64,000 nt of DNA from a virus, in the IMG/VR virus record IMGVR_UViG_3300042399_002267; one strand, given 5' to 3'. The position numbers were made by a program, and so were the translations under genes. Each line of letters starts with the position of its first letter. The stretch's first letter is position 1. Of this stretch, positions 9,672 to 18,274 are shown one piece after another. The notes under the pieces are model-generated. The model made no database searches. It saw only the letters and a program-made list of their open reading frames with translations, and was not told where the DNA came from.

Positions 9672-10730
9672 TTACGCAGAATTTTTTTTCGCGTACCAGT
9701 CGATTACTTTGAGAATTCCGGTAATTGCTACGATATCCTCAGAAACAGTTTGCCTTATATTACAAGATATGTTATACAACTGTTCCGTTAACTCAACTAA
9801 ATAAGTACTAGGAACAGATTTGCTTATATTTTCAATCTCAACATCCTTGTCTACCTTCTTCATTCTTACCAATCTATACTTAAATGCTTCCATTAAGATA
9901 TGGGATGAATCTAATATCAAAGAACCCAAGCTTCTCCCCTCTTGATGTGCAGTAGAAATAATTCTAAATGATTCGCTTCGATCACAATTAAGAATTGAAT
10001 AAACTAAATCAAATGATAGTTGTTTTGGAGACATGACAAGAAGTTCTCTAATATTTTCTTCAGATATTTCTTGCAAAGATGCCTGATCTAAAATAGAAAG
10101 AGCTGTTCTAGCACTTCCATCTGCTTGAACGGCAATCAAATTTAGTGCCTCAATATCATATTTGAAACTTTCATTTGTGCAAACACCAATCATAATGTCT
10201 CTTAGATTTACATTTGAAAGCTTTCTCATTGGAAATATTTGAGACCTAGTAACGATTGCTCTTAGTATTTTGCTTGGTTCAGTTGTGCAAAAGAAAAATT
10301 TCACAAAAGGTGGAGGTTCTTCTGTAATCTTAATTAATGAAGTTTGAGCTTGAGTGGTAAGCATGTGACATTCATCTAAAATGAAAATCTTATACTTGTA
10401 CATCGGAGACAACCGCGCAAGTTGAATAATATTTTCCCGTATATGATCAACACCATTATTTACAGCACAATTAATTTCATATACATCAGGATGAGAATCA
10501 TTTGCTACAGATTTACAAGAATCACATTCACAACTCTCATTGCCTGAAGTGCAATTCATCTTCTTTGCTGCGACACGAGCTAGAGTTGTCTTTCCTGTAC
10601 CTGGAGGACCTGAAAGAATATAAGAATGAGTAGTTTTACCCAATGCAATTTGTTGCTCTAGTATTTCAGAAGATTTACTTCCCAAAATCTCATTAAAGTT
10701 TTGCGGTCGATATTTATTATATAAACTCAT
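9672..10730 (-). CDS. dnaX: DNA polymerase III gamma/tau clamp loader ATPase (short, gamma-like)
   Basis: MSLYNKYRPQNF, GPPGTGKTT, Cys cluster, ILDECHML, SRC-equivalent TRSQ, DGSARTAL. Confidence 0.93.
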   Translation of the reverse strand: MSLYNKYRPQNFNEILGSKSSEILEQQIALGKTTHSYILSGPPGTGKTTLARVAAKKMNCTSGNESCECDSCKSVANDSHPDVYEINCAVNNGVDHIRENIIQLARLSPMYKYKIFILDECHMLTTQAQTSLIKITEEPPPFVKFFFCTTEPSKILRAIVTRSQIFPMRKLSNVNLRDIMIGVCTNESFKYDIEALNLIAVQADGSARTALSILDQASLQEISEENIRELLVMSPKQLSFDLVYSILNCDRSESFRIISTAHQEGRSLGSLILDSSHILMEAFKYRLVRMKKVDKDVEIENISKSVPSTYLVELTEQLYNISCNIRQTVSEDIVAITGILKVIDWYAKKNSA

Positions 10731-11212
10731 TAGTCATCTTCCATAGGAATAATTAATGGTAATGGATCTGGAGATTTAAGTAAATCAGGCAAACCTTCTT
10801 TTATTTCCCAATAAGGTCCCATGCCCATATGAACAAAATATTCCACTATGAATCCATAATCCATTACATCAAAGTTTCTTATTTTACCATCACCTTGAGG
10901 ACTAACAGAGTAAATTGCTTTGAAAATAATCCATTGTTTTTTAGTATCTTCCAGCAGGGACCATTTTTCTTGCCATACAGCAAAGCAGTAATCTTTGCCT
11001 CGTGTTTCTGGATTAGTATTTAATACTTGCCTTACCCAACCTTGGGTTACTCCACTCATGACATATGGCTTGGCATTTTTAGGTTCATAACCTATCATTT
11101 CAGCAAAATAAATTTTAGAGAGATCCACATATCCAATAAATGGGTGATATCTCTCTTGTAATCTTTCTGCTAAACTTTTATTTTCTAAAGATTCGGTATA
11201 TTCAGTTTCCAC
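10730..11212 (-). CDS. Hypothetical protein
   Basis: 160-aa ORF coupled to dnaX (TAATG); TAATAT element 5 nt upstream of the GTG start. Confidence 0.6.
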   Translation of the reverse strand: METEYTESLENKSLAERLQERYHPFIGYVDLSKIYFAEMIGYEPKNAKPYVMSGVTQGWVRQVLNTNPETRGKDYCFAVWQEKWSLLEDTKKQWIIFKAIYSVSPQGDGKIRNFDVMDYGFIVEYFVHMGMGPYWEIKEGLPDLLKSPDPLPLIIPMEDD

Positions 11213-11227
11213 GTTTTATATTACCAT

Positions 11228-11259
11228 AAAAAATAAACCCATCGATTTCGATGGGTTTA
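11228..11259 (-). terminator. Intrinsic terminator
   Basis: 11-bp stem TAAACCCATCG/CGATGGGTTTA followed by a T-run on the minus strand. Confidence 0.7.
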
Positions 11260-11265
11260 AAACTT

Positions 11266-11598
11266 TTAGAAGCTTAGTTGAGTGACTGCAACAACTTGAC
11301 CATCTTCATCTCTTACAGCAGATGGACCAGTGTCTACACATAATACATCTTCTCTATCAAAAGGAATAAAATCCATTGATATTCTGTTTACAATGTAATA
11401 TACACCATTTTCTGGTTCAGGAAGATTCTCAATAGATTCAAATTGGGTTTCTACAATTGGAATATCAGCTACCTTACCAATAACTCTTTGTTTTGTTATC
11501 ACTCGACACGGATTTTCTGCTCTTGTCAAAGTTCCATAACCTGAGATTGTAATGTCATGACCAATAAGATTGACAAACTTTTTAAATTCTGAATACAT
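11266..11598 (-). CDS. Small protein resembling the NLTPH-motif (Crn4-like ring nuclease) family
   Basis: FVNLIGHDITI...NLPEPENGVYYIVNR...REDVL...VRDEDGQVV. Start moved to the second MYSE (11598) because GAGG precedes it. Confidence 0.5.
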   Translation of the reverse strand: MYSEFKKFVNLIGHDITISGYGTLTRAENPCRVITKQRVIGKVADIPIVETQFESIENLPEPENGVYYIVNRISMDFIPFDREDVLCVDTGPSAVRDEDGQVVAVTQLSF

Positions 11599-11618
11599 TT
11601 TATTTACCTCAGAGTACA

Positions 11619-12137
11619 TTACTTTCCGGTACTTCCCAATCCACCCGTTCGAGACTTGTTTGCTGTTTGACTAAATTCTTCTACTACAACTAAATCATGT
11701 TCTGCAAGCTTGGCTACAACCATTTGTGCAATACGATCACCATGATTGATAGCAAAAGGCATGCGATTGTGATTAAAAAGAATAACTTTCAATTCAAAAT
11801 CTTCACCATCTCCTGAATAATCACAGTCAATTGTTCCTGGAGTATTTAGAACTGTGATGCCATGCTTTGCAGCCAATCCAGAACGAGGTCTAATTTGAAT
11901 TTCGTATCCTTCAGGAATGTTAACATTTAACCCTGTAGGAACAATCAATGAGTTTCCAGGGTGAATCATCATCCCATTGGTGTAATTTGGAATACATGCA
12001 CATAAGTCATATCCAGCAGCGCCTTCAGTTGCTTTCTTTGGAATTATAGCTTCTTCACGAAAAGCCTTAATCTCAACTGTTGCACGTTTAATATTAGCAT
12101 TTGTTACTAAAACTTGTCCACTTCCTGATGTAGCCAT
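11619..12137 (-). CDS. dut: dUTPase (trimeric type)
   Basis: GAAGYDL, RPRSGLA, GTIDCDYSG, GDRIAQ and RTGGLGSTG motifs. Confidence 0.95.
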   Translation of the reverse strand: MATSGSGQVLVTNANIKRATVEIKAFREEAIIPKKATEGAAGYDLCACIPNYTNGMMIHPGNSLIVPTGLNVNIPEGYEIQIRPRSGLAAKHGITVLNTPGTIDCDYSGDGEDFELKVILFNHNRMPFAINHGDRIAQMVVAKLAEHDLVVVEEFSQTANKSRTGGLGSTGK

Positions 12138-12455
12138 TTAAATACCTTCCACATTCTTAATCATATCTGCAGTTATTTCTCTATCATCTGGATTGAATAT
12201 CAAAGATAATGGAGCTTCTCTAGATTTTAGAGCTATTGTGAAATTAATCAATTCTCTTCCAGCTAAATGTCGATCCATCCCTGTAAGTTCTTTGACATCA
12301 TCCAAAGATAATGTACTCGTTAATGTAACATCTGATTTGACATCTTGCAATTGTAACCAAATGTATTGAACAACTTTTGGTTCATCTTCAGTGCCTTCTT
12401 CTTCTTTTAAGACTGCATCTAAAATCTTTACTTCTCTAACTACTGGTTTTCCCAT
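12138..12455 (-). CDS. Hypothetical protein
   Basis: 105-aa ORF abutting dut, preceded by a sigma-70-type promoter 6 nt from the ATG. Confidence 0.65.
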   Translation of the reverse strand: MGKPVVREVKILDAVLKEEEGTEDEPKVVQYIWLQLQDVKSDVTLTSTLSLDDVKELTGMDRHLAGRELINFTIALKSREAPLSLIFNPDDREITADMIKNVEGI

Positions 12456-12461
12456 AAAACG

Positions 12462-12490
12462 ATTTTACCACAAAATAAATCTAATGTCAT
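12462..12490 (-). promoter_or_regulatory. Sigma-70-type promoter, likely leaderless
   Basis: ATGACA-N17-TAAAAT with TGTGG before the -10; ATG lies 6 nt after the -10. Confidence 0.6.
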
Positions 12491-12521
12491 AAAAAAAGAG
12501 GGGATCTCTCCCCTCTTTTTT
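12491..12521. terminator. Intrinsic terminator after nrdA (bidirectional-type)
   Basis: AAAAAAAGAGGGGA-TCTC-TCCCCTCTTTTTT. Confidence 0.8.
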
Positions 12522-12523
12522 AT

Positions 12524-14956
12524 TTATGACCCGCAGGCTTCACAATCTGGATTATCTAACCTACATTGAGGAGCATCTACCTCTTCTTCCATAGGCTTGA
12601 TTTCTATTTCAATCTTCTTTTCAGTTTGTTGAATGGAAGAAACATCAATTCCCAATCCCTTTAGAGCTTGAGCCTTTGGTTTAGTTCTAAGATAATACAT
12701 ACCTGTCTTCAAACCAATTTTCCATCCATAAAAATGAGCAGATGAAAGCTTGGATACAGTGGGTTCAGCCATAAACATATTCAATGACTGAGACTGATCA
12801 ATAAAATAATTACGATCCCTAGCCATTTCAAGAATTGACTTGCCTTTAATCTCCCAAACAGTCTTATATACTTCTTTGATATCTGCTGGAATTTCATCAA
12901 TATTTTGAACAGAGCCATTGTCGATAATAAGCTTCATTCTGATATTGTCACTCCATATCCCAAGATTGACAAGATCTTCAACCAAATGCTTATTGATAAT
13001 TGCATATTCACCGGAAAGTGTATTTCTCTTGTAAATGTTTGCAGTGAATGGTTCAAAACATTCATTGTTCCCAAGAATTTGAGCAGTAGAAGCAGTAGGC
13101 ATAGGAGCAACTAACAAAGAGTTTCTCAAACCGTGTGTCTTAATTTCTTCTTTAAGTGCTGAAAAATTCCACATACCTGAAAGATCATTCTCAGTTAATC
13201 CCCAAAGATCATATTGCAATAACCCTTGAGACGCTGGGGATCCTTCGAATGAAGAATAAGACCCGTATTTCTTTGCTAAATCATTTGAAGCTGTCAATGC
13301 TGCAAAATAAATAGTCTCAAAAATATCTTTGTTTAATTTACGGGATTCATCTGAATCAAAAGCAATACCCATAATAGCAAAAGTGTCTGCTAAACCTTGA
13401 ACACCTAATCCGATAGGACGATGTTTGAAGTTAGAATTTGATGTCTCTTCTGTTGGATAATAGTTGATATCAATTACTTGATTGAGATTGACAGTAGCCT
13501 GATAAGTAACATCAAACAAAGCTCTAAAGTCAAACTTGCGAAGCTTTTTATCCTTCTCTCTTACTTTACCTGATGGAATTAAGACATATTTAGGCAAAGC
13601 AATAGAGGCAAGATTACATACAGCAGTTTCATTCTTGTCAGTGTATTCAATAATTTCAGTACAGAGATTTGAAGACTTGATTGTTCCAAGATTCTTTTGA
13701 TTGCTCTTATAATTACATGCATCTTTGTAAAGCATATAAGGAGTGCCAGTTTCAATCTGTGAATCAAGAATCTTTTCCCACAATTCACGAGCCTTGACAG
13801 TCTTTAAACCCTTACCTTCAGCTTCATATTGTTCATACAAAACTGTGAAAGCTTTATTATCTGGTGAATCGTAAGCATCGATCAAACCTGGCACTTGTTC
13901 TGGTGAAAATAATGTCCAGTTGCCATTCTGCTCAACTCTTTGCATAAATAAGTCAGGTATCCACAAAGCTAAGAACAGATCTCTTGCTCTCATTTCTTCC
14001 TTACCTTGATTCTTGCGAAGATCTAAGAAGTCATAAACATCTCCATGCCAAGGCTCAAGATAAACAGCAATGGATCCTTTACGCTTGCCACCACCCTGAT
14101 CAACATATCTTGCTGTCTCATTAAAGACACGAAGCATAGGGATAATTCCATTAGAATGTCCGTTGGTGCCCTTGATATAACTACCTTTAGCGCGGATCTT
14201 ATGAATGTTGATGCCAATACCGCCTGCTGACTGAGAAATTTTGGCACAGTCAGATAATGTCTTATAAATACCTGGAATAGAATCATCATCGACATCTAGT
14301 AAAAAACAAGATGACAATTGAGGTCGATTTGTACCAGCATTGAAAAGAGTTGGAGTGGCATGGGTAAAAAGACCTTGTGAAAGCATATCGTAAGTCTTTT
14401 GAACCATTTCTAAATTGTCACGCCAGATTCCAACTGCAACTCTCATGTATAGATGCTGAGGAGTTTCCGCTGCTTTACCATCAACTTTAAGCAAATAAGA
14501 TTTTTTCAATGTCATGAATCCAAAGAAATCAAAATTGAAATCACGATCATGCACAATCATTGCATCAAGTTCATTTGCATGGTTTTGAATTACTGAATAT
14601 ACTTCATCAGATATCATTCCAGACTTTTCGCCAGTTTTAGGATTGATATATTCATAGAGCTTTGTGGCAACTCTGGAGAAATCTTTTTCTACATCCTTGT
14701 ACAGAGCAGTAATAGCAATACGAGCAGCCAACTTACCATAATCAGGATGGGTAGTAATCATAGAAGCAGCAGTCTCAGCACTTAATTGATCAAGCTCTGT
14801 GCTGCTTACACCATCATAAAGACCAGATACAACCTTAGTGCTGACAAGATCTGGATCAACCATATCGTGCAAACTATAAGTTAGCTTCTTAATCCTGGAG
14901 CCAATTTTTTCAAGCTTAAGTGGCTCTTTTGTTCCATTGCGCTTTAAAATATCCAT
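12524..14956 (-). CDS. nrdA: Ribonucleotide reductase class Ia alpha subunit with ATP cone
   Basis: N-terminal ATP cone (ILKRNG...EKI), THATPTLFNAGT, QLSSCFL, SSNLCTEI, APMPTASTAQILG, C-terminal CxxCGS. Confidence 0.96.
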   Translation of the reverse strand: MDILKRNGTKEPLKLEKIGSRIKKLTYSLHDMVDPDLVSTKVVSGLYDGVSSTELDQLSAETAASMITTHPDYGKLAARIAITALYKDVEKDFSRVATKLYEYINPKTGEKSGMISDEVYSVIQNHANELDAMIVHDRDFNFDFFGFMTLKKSYLLKVDGKAAETPQHLYMRVAVGIWRDNLEMVQKTYDMLSQGLFTHATPTLFNAGTNRPQLSSCFLLDVDDDSIPGIYKTLSDCAKISQSAGGIGINIHKIRAKGSYIKGTNGHSNGIIPMLRVFNETARYVDQGGGKRKGSIAVYLEPWHGDVYDFLDLRKNQGKEEMRARDLFLALWIPDLFMQRVEQNGNWTLFSPEQVPGLIDAYDSPDNKAFTVLYEQYEAEGKGLKTVKARELWEKILDSQIETGTPYMLYKDACNYKSNQKNLGTIKSSNLCTEIIEYTDKNETAVCNLASIALPKYVLIPSGKVREKDKKLRKFDFRALFDVTYQATVNLNQVIDINYYPTEETSNSNFKHRPIGLGVQGLADTFAIMGIAFDSDESRKLNKDIFETIYFAALTASNDLAKKYGSYSSFEGSPASQGLLQYDLWGLTENDLSGMWNFSALKEEIKTHGLRNSLLVAPMPTASTAQILGNNECFEPFTANIYKRNTLSGEYAIINKHLVEDLVNLGIWSDNIRMKLIIDNGSVQNIDEIPADIKEVYKTVWEIKGKSILEMARDRNYFIDQSQSLNMFMAEPTVSKLSSAHFYGWKIGLKTGMYYLRTKPKAQALKGLGIDVSSIQQTEKKIEIEIKPMEEEVDAPQCRLDNPDCEACGS

Positions 14957-14958
14957 AC

Positions 14959-15927
14959 TTAGAAATCCTCGTCAAATGAGATTTGTTCTTTAACTTCACC
15001 AACACCACTTTTGACATAGTCAGCCACTCTCTTCTCAAAGAAATTGGTTTTATTAGCCATAGCAATATTTTGCATAAAGTCAAACGGGTTCTCAGCATTG
15101 TATATCTTGCCAACACCAAGATCCATCAGTAGTCTATCAGAAACATATTCAAGATATTGCTTCATAAGATTTGAATTCATGCCAATCAAGCTCACTGGCA
15201 ATGCTTCTGTGATAAATTCTTTTTCAATAACAAGAGCTGAATCGATAATCTCAATTAATCGCTCTTTTGATAATTTATTTTCAACATGATTATTGTATAG
15301 ATGAACAGCAAAATCTGTATGCAAACCTTCATCACGGGAAATTAATTCATTGGAAAAAGATAAACCTGGCATTAACCCACGCTTCTTTAGCCAGAAAATT
15401 GAACAGAAAGATCCAGAGAAGAAAATTCCCTCAACAGCAGCAAAGGCAACAAGGCGCTCGACAAAAGATTCAGAACCAATCCACTTAAGTGCCCATTCTG
15501 CCTTCTTCTGAACAGCTGGAACGGTATCAATTGCATTGAATAAATAATTCTGTTCTTCTTTATCTTTGATATATGTATCAATCAAAAGAGAATAGGTTTC
15601 TGAGTGGATGTTTTCCATCATAATCTGGAAACCATAGAAAAATTTAGCCTCTGTGTACTGCACTTCAGAAACGAAATTTTCAGCTAAGTTTTCATTTACA
15701 ATGCCATCAGATGCAGCAAAGAATGCTAAGACATGCTTGACAAAATGTTTCTCACCTTCATTCAATTTATCCCAATCTGTCAAGTCTTGGGATAAATCAA
15801 TCTCCTCAGCTGTCCAGAAAACTTGTTGAGCTTTCTTGTAATAATCCCAAATATCATGATGCTGTAACGGAAACAAAACAAACCTATTTTTATTCTCTTC
15901 TAGTATCTTTTCCATAATTTTTGACAA
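14959..15927 (-). CDS. nrdB: Ribonucleotide reductase class Ia beta subunit
   Basis: [57 protein letters not shown]. Confidence 0.96.
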   Translation of the reverse strand: MSKIMEKILEENKNRFVLFPLQHHDIWDYYKKAQQVFWTAEEIDLSQDLTDWDKLNEGEKHFVKHVLAFFAASDGIVNENLAENFVSEVQYTEAKFFYGFQIMMENIHSETYSLLIDTYIKDKEEQNYLFNAIDTVPAVQKKAEWALKWIGSESFVERLVAFAAVEGIFFSGSFCSIFWLKKRGLMPGLSFSNELISRDEGLHTDFAVHLYNNHVENKLSKERLIEIIDSALVIEKEFITEALPVSLIGMNSNLMKQYLEYVSDRLLMDLGVGKIYNAENPFDFMQNIAMANKTNFFEKRVADYVKSGVGEVKEQISFDEDF

Positions 15928-15928
15928 T

Positions 15929-15959
15929 AAAAAATATCTGAAGCAATTTATCAGATATT
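15929..15959 (-). terminator. Hairpin with T-run directly upstream of nrdB (terminator or attenuator)
   Basis: AATATCTGA-N9-TCAGATATT followed by TTTT on the minus strand. Confidence 0.4.
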
Positions 15960-16006
15960 CTTATATACCTTCCTGTTATTTATCGTGCGGGTTATTTTTC
16001 TAATAG

Positions 16007-16453
16007 TCAAACATCTTCCAATGCTTCTGGTCTTAATTTGCGTAATATTTCTACCACTTCAAAAAGATTCTTTTGAGCAATGTTTCGTTTCAATAGATAG
16101 TTTACCATATCATCGACAACTTCGCTAAAATCTTTTTCAGTGACATTGCTTATATATTTTGCACATTTTATAAATGCTGCATCAAATATATATTGAGATT
16201 GCAAATTATTAGTTTCAAAAAACGTATTTTTCACTTTATTAAATGAAATATTAAATTCACCTTTGTACGCCATGGCAACACTTCTCAATGTAGTCCACGG
16301 AGTGTAAGATCTGTACTTTATATTCTGATCACCAGAAGACAATTCCTGAGTAAATGTTAAATCACTTGGTAGTTTTTCACCAATCAAAAGCTTCCTGACT
16401 AAATCTTTTTTGAGTTTTTCTGAGTCGTTTGAATTCATAGTAATTATCACCAC
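16007..16453 (-). CDS. Hypothetical protein
   Basis: 148-aa ORF in the operon; overlaps the 3' end of the deaminase-like gene. Confidence 0.55.
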   Translation of the reverse strand: MVIITMNSNDSEKLKKDLVRKLLIGEKLPSDLTFTQELSSGDQNIKYRSYTPWTTLRSVAMAYKGEFNISFNKVKNTFFETNNLQSQYIFDAAFIKCAKYISNVTEKDFSEVVDDMVNYLLKRNIAQKNLFEVVEILRKLRPEALEDV

Positions 16454-16871
16454 TGCAGCGTAAAATTAGATTCTCATTTAGCAAATCTGTATCAGTCCAC
16501 CAAACATGTTCTATCTTAGCCATTTGCAAGGCTTTTTCACAATTGGGGCAAGGTTTAGCCAATCTAAATTTGCCATGTCTATTAATTCTGATACTTAATA
16601 TAATAAGATCATCCTCTATACTTGATAAATCTAATTTGGATATAACATCACATTCTGCATGAATATATGGATAGTTTTTCCATTTTTCAATGTTCCACAT
16701 TCGTCCTATTCTCAAGGCACTTTTAGAACCAGATGTTTCGTTATTCTTGCCCCACACTAATACTTTATTTTTTCTTATGGCAAAAGCATAATGAAAACAA
16801 GGTTTTGATTGATCAGATTTCCAATCATCAAATGCTATTTTCAATGCACGTCTTAATGCCAAACTATTCAT
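16377..16871 (-). CDS. Cytidine/dCMP deaminase-fold protein
   Basis: Zinc-deaminase motifs HAE (YIHAECDVI) and PCxxC (AKPCPNC). Confidence 0.8.
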   Translation of the reverse strand: MNSLALRRALKIAFDDWKSDQSKPCFHYAFAIRKNKVLVWGKNNETSGSKSALRIGRMWNIEKWKNYPYIHAECDVISKLDLSSIEDDLIILSIRINRHGKFRLAKPCPNCEKALQMAKIEHVWWTDTDLLNENLILRCSGDNYYEFKRLRKTQKRFSQEAFDW

Positions 16872-17254
16872 TACAATGCAAATTTTATGTCAATTGCGAA
16901 GATTCTGGTAGATATACCCTTTGCCTTTTTCCCCGCAATTTCTGCACTATATTCCGATTGTCTGCAAATAAGAACAGAGCCATTTGTTAACGATTCTACT
17001 TCTCTTGACGCTAATCTAAATGCTGACATGACTGAAGAGAGAGCAGTTGGTCCCACAGACAAAACTCTTACATACTCATGTTCTTTTAAAACATGCAAAA
17101 TGCTTCTTGATAAACCTATAGGATCAGTTGGTCTTCTGGAATCATCAGGATCATTAGGATCTCCACCTCGTGCTTTGAGAATCCTAGGATCTGTAATTTT
17201 TGGTTTCTTTTCATTGTTTGCAATTTTGTTTACTGGTTCTTCAATTATATCCAT
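16871..17254 (-). CDS. spoVS: SpoVS-like (Alba-fold) protein with an N-terminal extension
   Basis: PIGLSRSILHVLKEHEYVRVLSVGPTALSSVMSAFRLA...LICRQSEYSAEIAG aligns by eye with SpoVS (PNSVAGALAGVLRE...EIQAIGAGALNQAVKAVAIA...LICIPAF..I.IDG). Confidence 0.7.
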   Translation of the reverse strand: MDIIEEPVNKIANNEKKPKITDPRILKARGGDPNDPDDSRRPTDPIGLSRSILHVLKEHEYVRVLSVGPTALSSVMSAFRLASREVESLTNGSVLICRQSEYSAEIAGKKAKGISTRIFAIDIKFAL

Positions 17255-17258
17255 TTTT

Positions 17259-18218
17259 TTATCCTTCTAGCCCAACTAAAGCCATCTTATTCTTTACATT
17301 TTCAAGTGCTTCTTGAAATTCAGTTAATGTACAATTGTAAACTTTAGGATCGTACTTAATATCCTTTGTACCGCTTAATGCTGAGTTGATAATTTTAAAT
17401 TCAATTTCGTTCATGCTGTAACGCATTAGATTTTGGATTTTATTTTTGTCTTCTACATGATCATAATAACAATTTTCATCGTCATCTTCTTCAGACATGT
17501 ATACACTCATTGCACGAGGTGAAATTGTTTGGTAATTTGGATAGAGTTCATTGAATTTTTGAAATAACATAGAAGAGTGTTTTGATAAAAAATGTTTCTT
17601 TAATGCTAAAAGAGTAATAATTTTTTGACAAACTTCGCAACCATTTTCTGTTTTATTATCACAATCTGGAAGACATTCAAATGTTCTTGGCATTTTGTGA
17701 GACTTGCAAAATGGACAATGAGAAATATTATCTAAATGAATATTAATATTTTCTAAATGAAGCCATAGAATTTCACTATGATGATTTAAGATGTGTGTGG
17801 AAAGTGGATTTACCCATTTTTCACAAATTGGACATTTTTGTGATGGATTTCTTTTGCCAGCATTGTCAGCTTTAACTAAATTGATATAATTATGTTGTAA
17901 TGCGCCAATAAAATAATTCTTAAATTCACCAGAACCATCATAGCGAGACTTTTTTCTTGCTCCTCTTGGTTTCCAGTTTGACAAAACATTGCAGAAAATT
18001 CTAATATAGTCTTGAGCAAAATCTTCTTGAGAATCATATAAATAATGATATTGATTCCACCACTCTTGCATATGTAGCATAGGTGGATAAAGTTTACAAA
18101 TATCTTTATAGTGTTTGTCTATTAGAATCTTATTTCCAGAAACTAATGATTTTTGATAACGTAAAATTGCTTGCTCTAAATTTTCTTGAACTTTTAGGTG
18201 CTTTATATCATTTAACAC
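17259..18218 (-). CDS. Divergent sigma-70-like factor with inserted zinc fingers
   Basis: Region-2-like SQEDFAQDYIRIF...WKP...GEFKNYFIGALQHNYINLVK; then CPIC..H...HH and CPFC...CLPDC...CEVC...H...H; then ISPRAMS..EEDDDE and a degenerate region-4-like C-terminus. Confidence 0.55.
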   Translation of the reverse strand: MLNDIKHLKVQENLEQAILRYQKSLVSGNKILIDKHYKDICKLYPPMLHMQEWWNQYHYLYDSQEDFAQDYIRIFCNVLSNWKPRGARKKSRYDGSGEFKNYFIGALQHNYINLVKADNAGKRNPSQKCPICEKWVNPLSTHILNHHSEILWLHLENINIHLDNISHCPFCKSHKMPRTFECLPDCDNKTENGCEVCQKIITLLALKKHFLSKHSSMLFQKFNELYPNYQTISPRAMSVYMSEEDDDENCYYDHVEDKNKIQNLMRYSMNEIEFKIINSALSGTKDIKYDPKVYNCTLTEFQEALENVKNKMALVGLEG

Positions 18219-18245
18219 AAAAGAACCCTCCCCGATAATAAAAAT

Positions 18246-18274
18246 ATTATAGTGCTGGAGGGTTGATTTGTAAA
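18246..18274 (-). promoter_or_regulatory. Sigma-70 promoter for the zinc-finger sigma gene, embedded in a hairpin
   Basis: TTTACA-N17-TATAAT; the spacer contains AACCCTCC, complementary to the downstream GGAGGGTT Shine-Dalgarno region. Confidence 0.65.

Noticed and set aside
12524-15927. Eukaryotic giant virus (NCLDV) origin suggested by the eukaryote-like RNR
   Set aside because: Shine-Dalgarno sites, sigma-70 promoters, sigma factors, DnaE/DnaN/DnaB and a terminase point to a bacteriophage.
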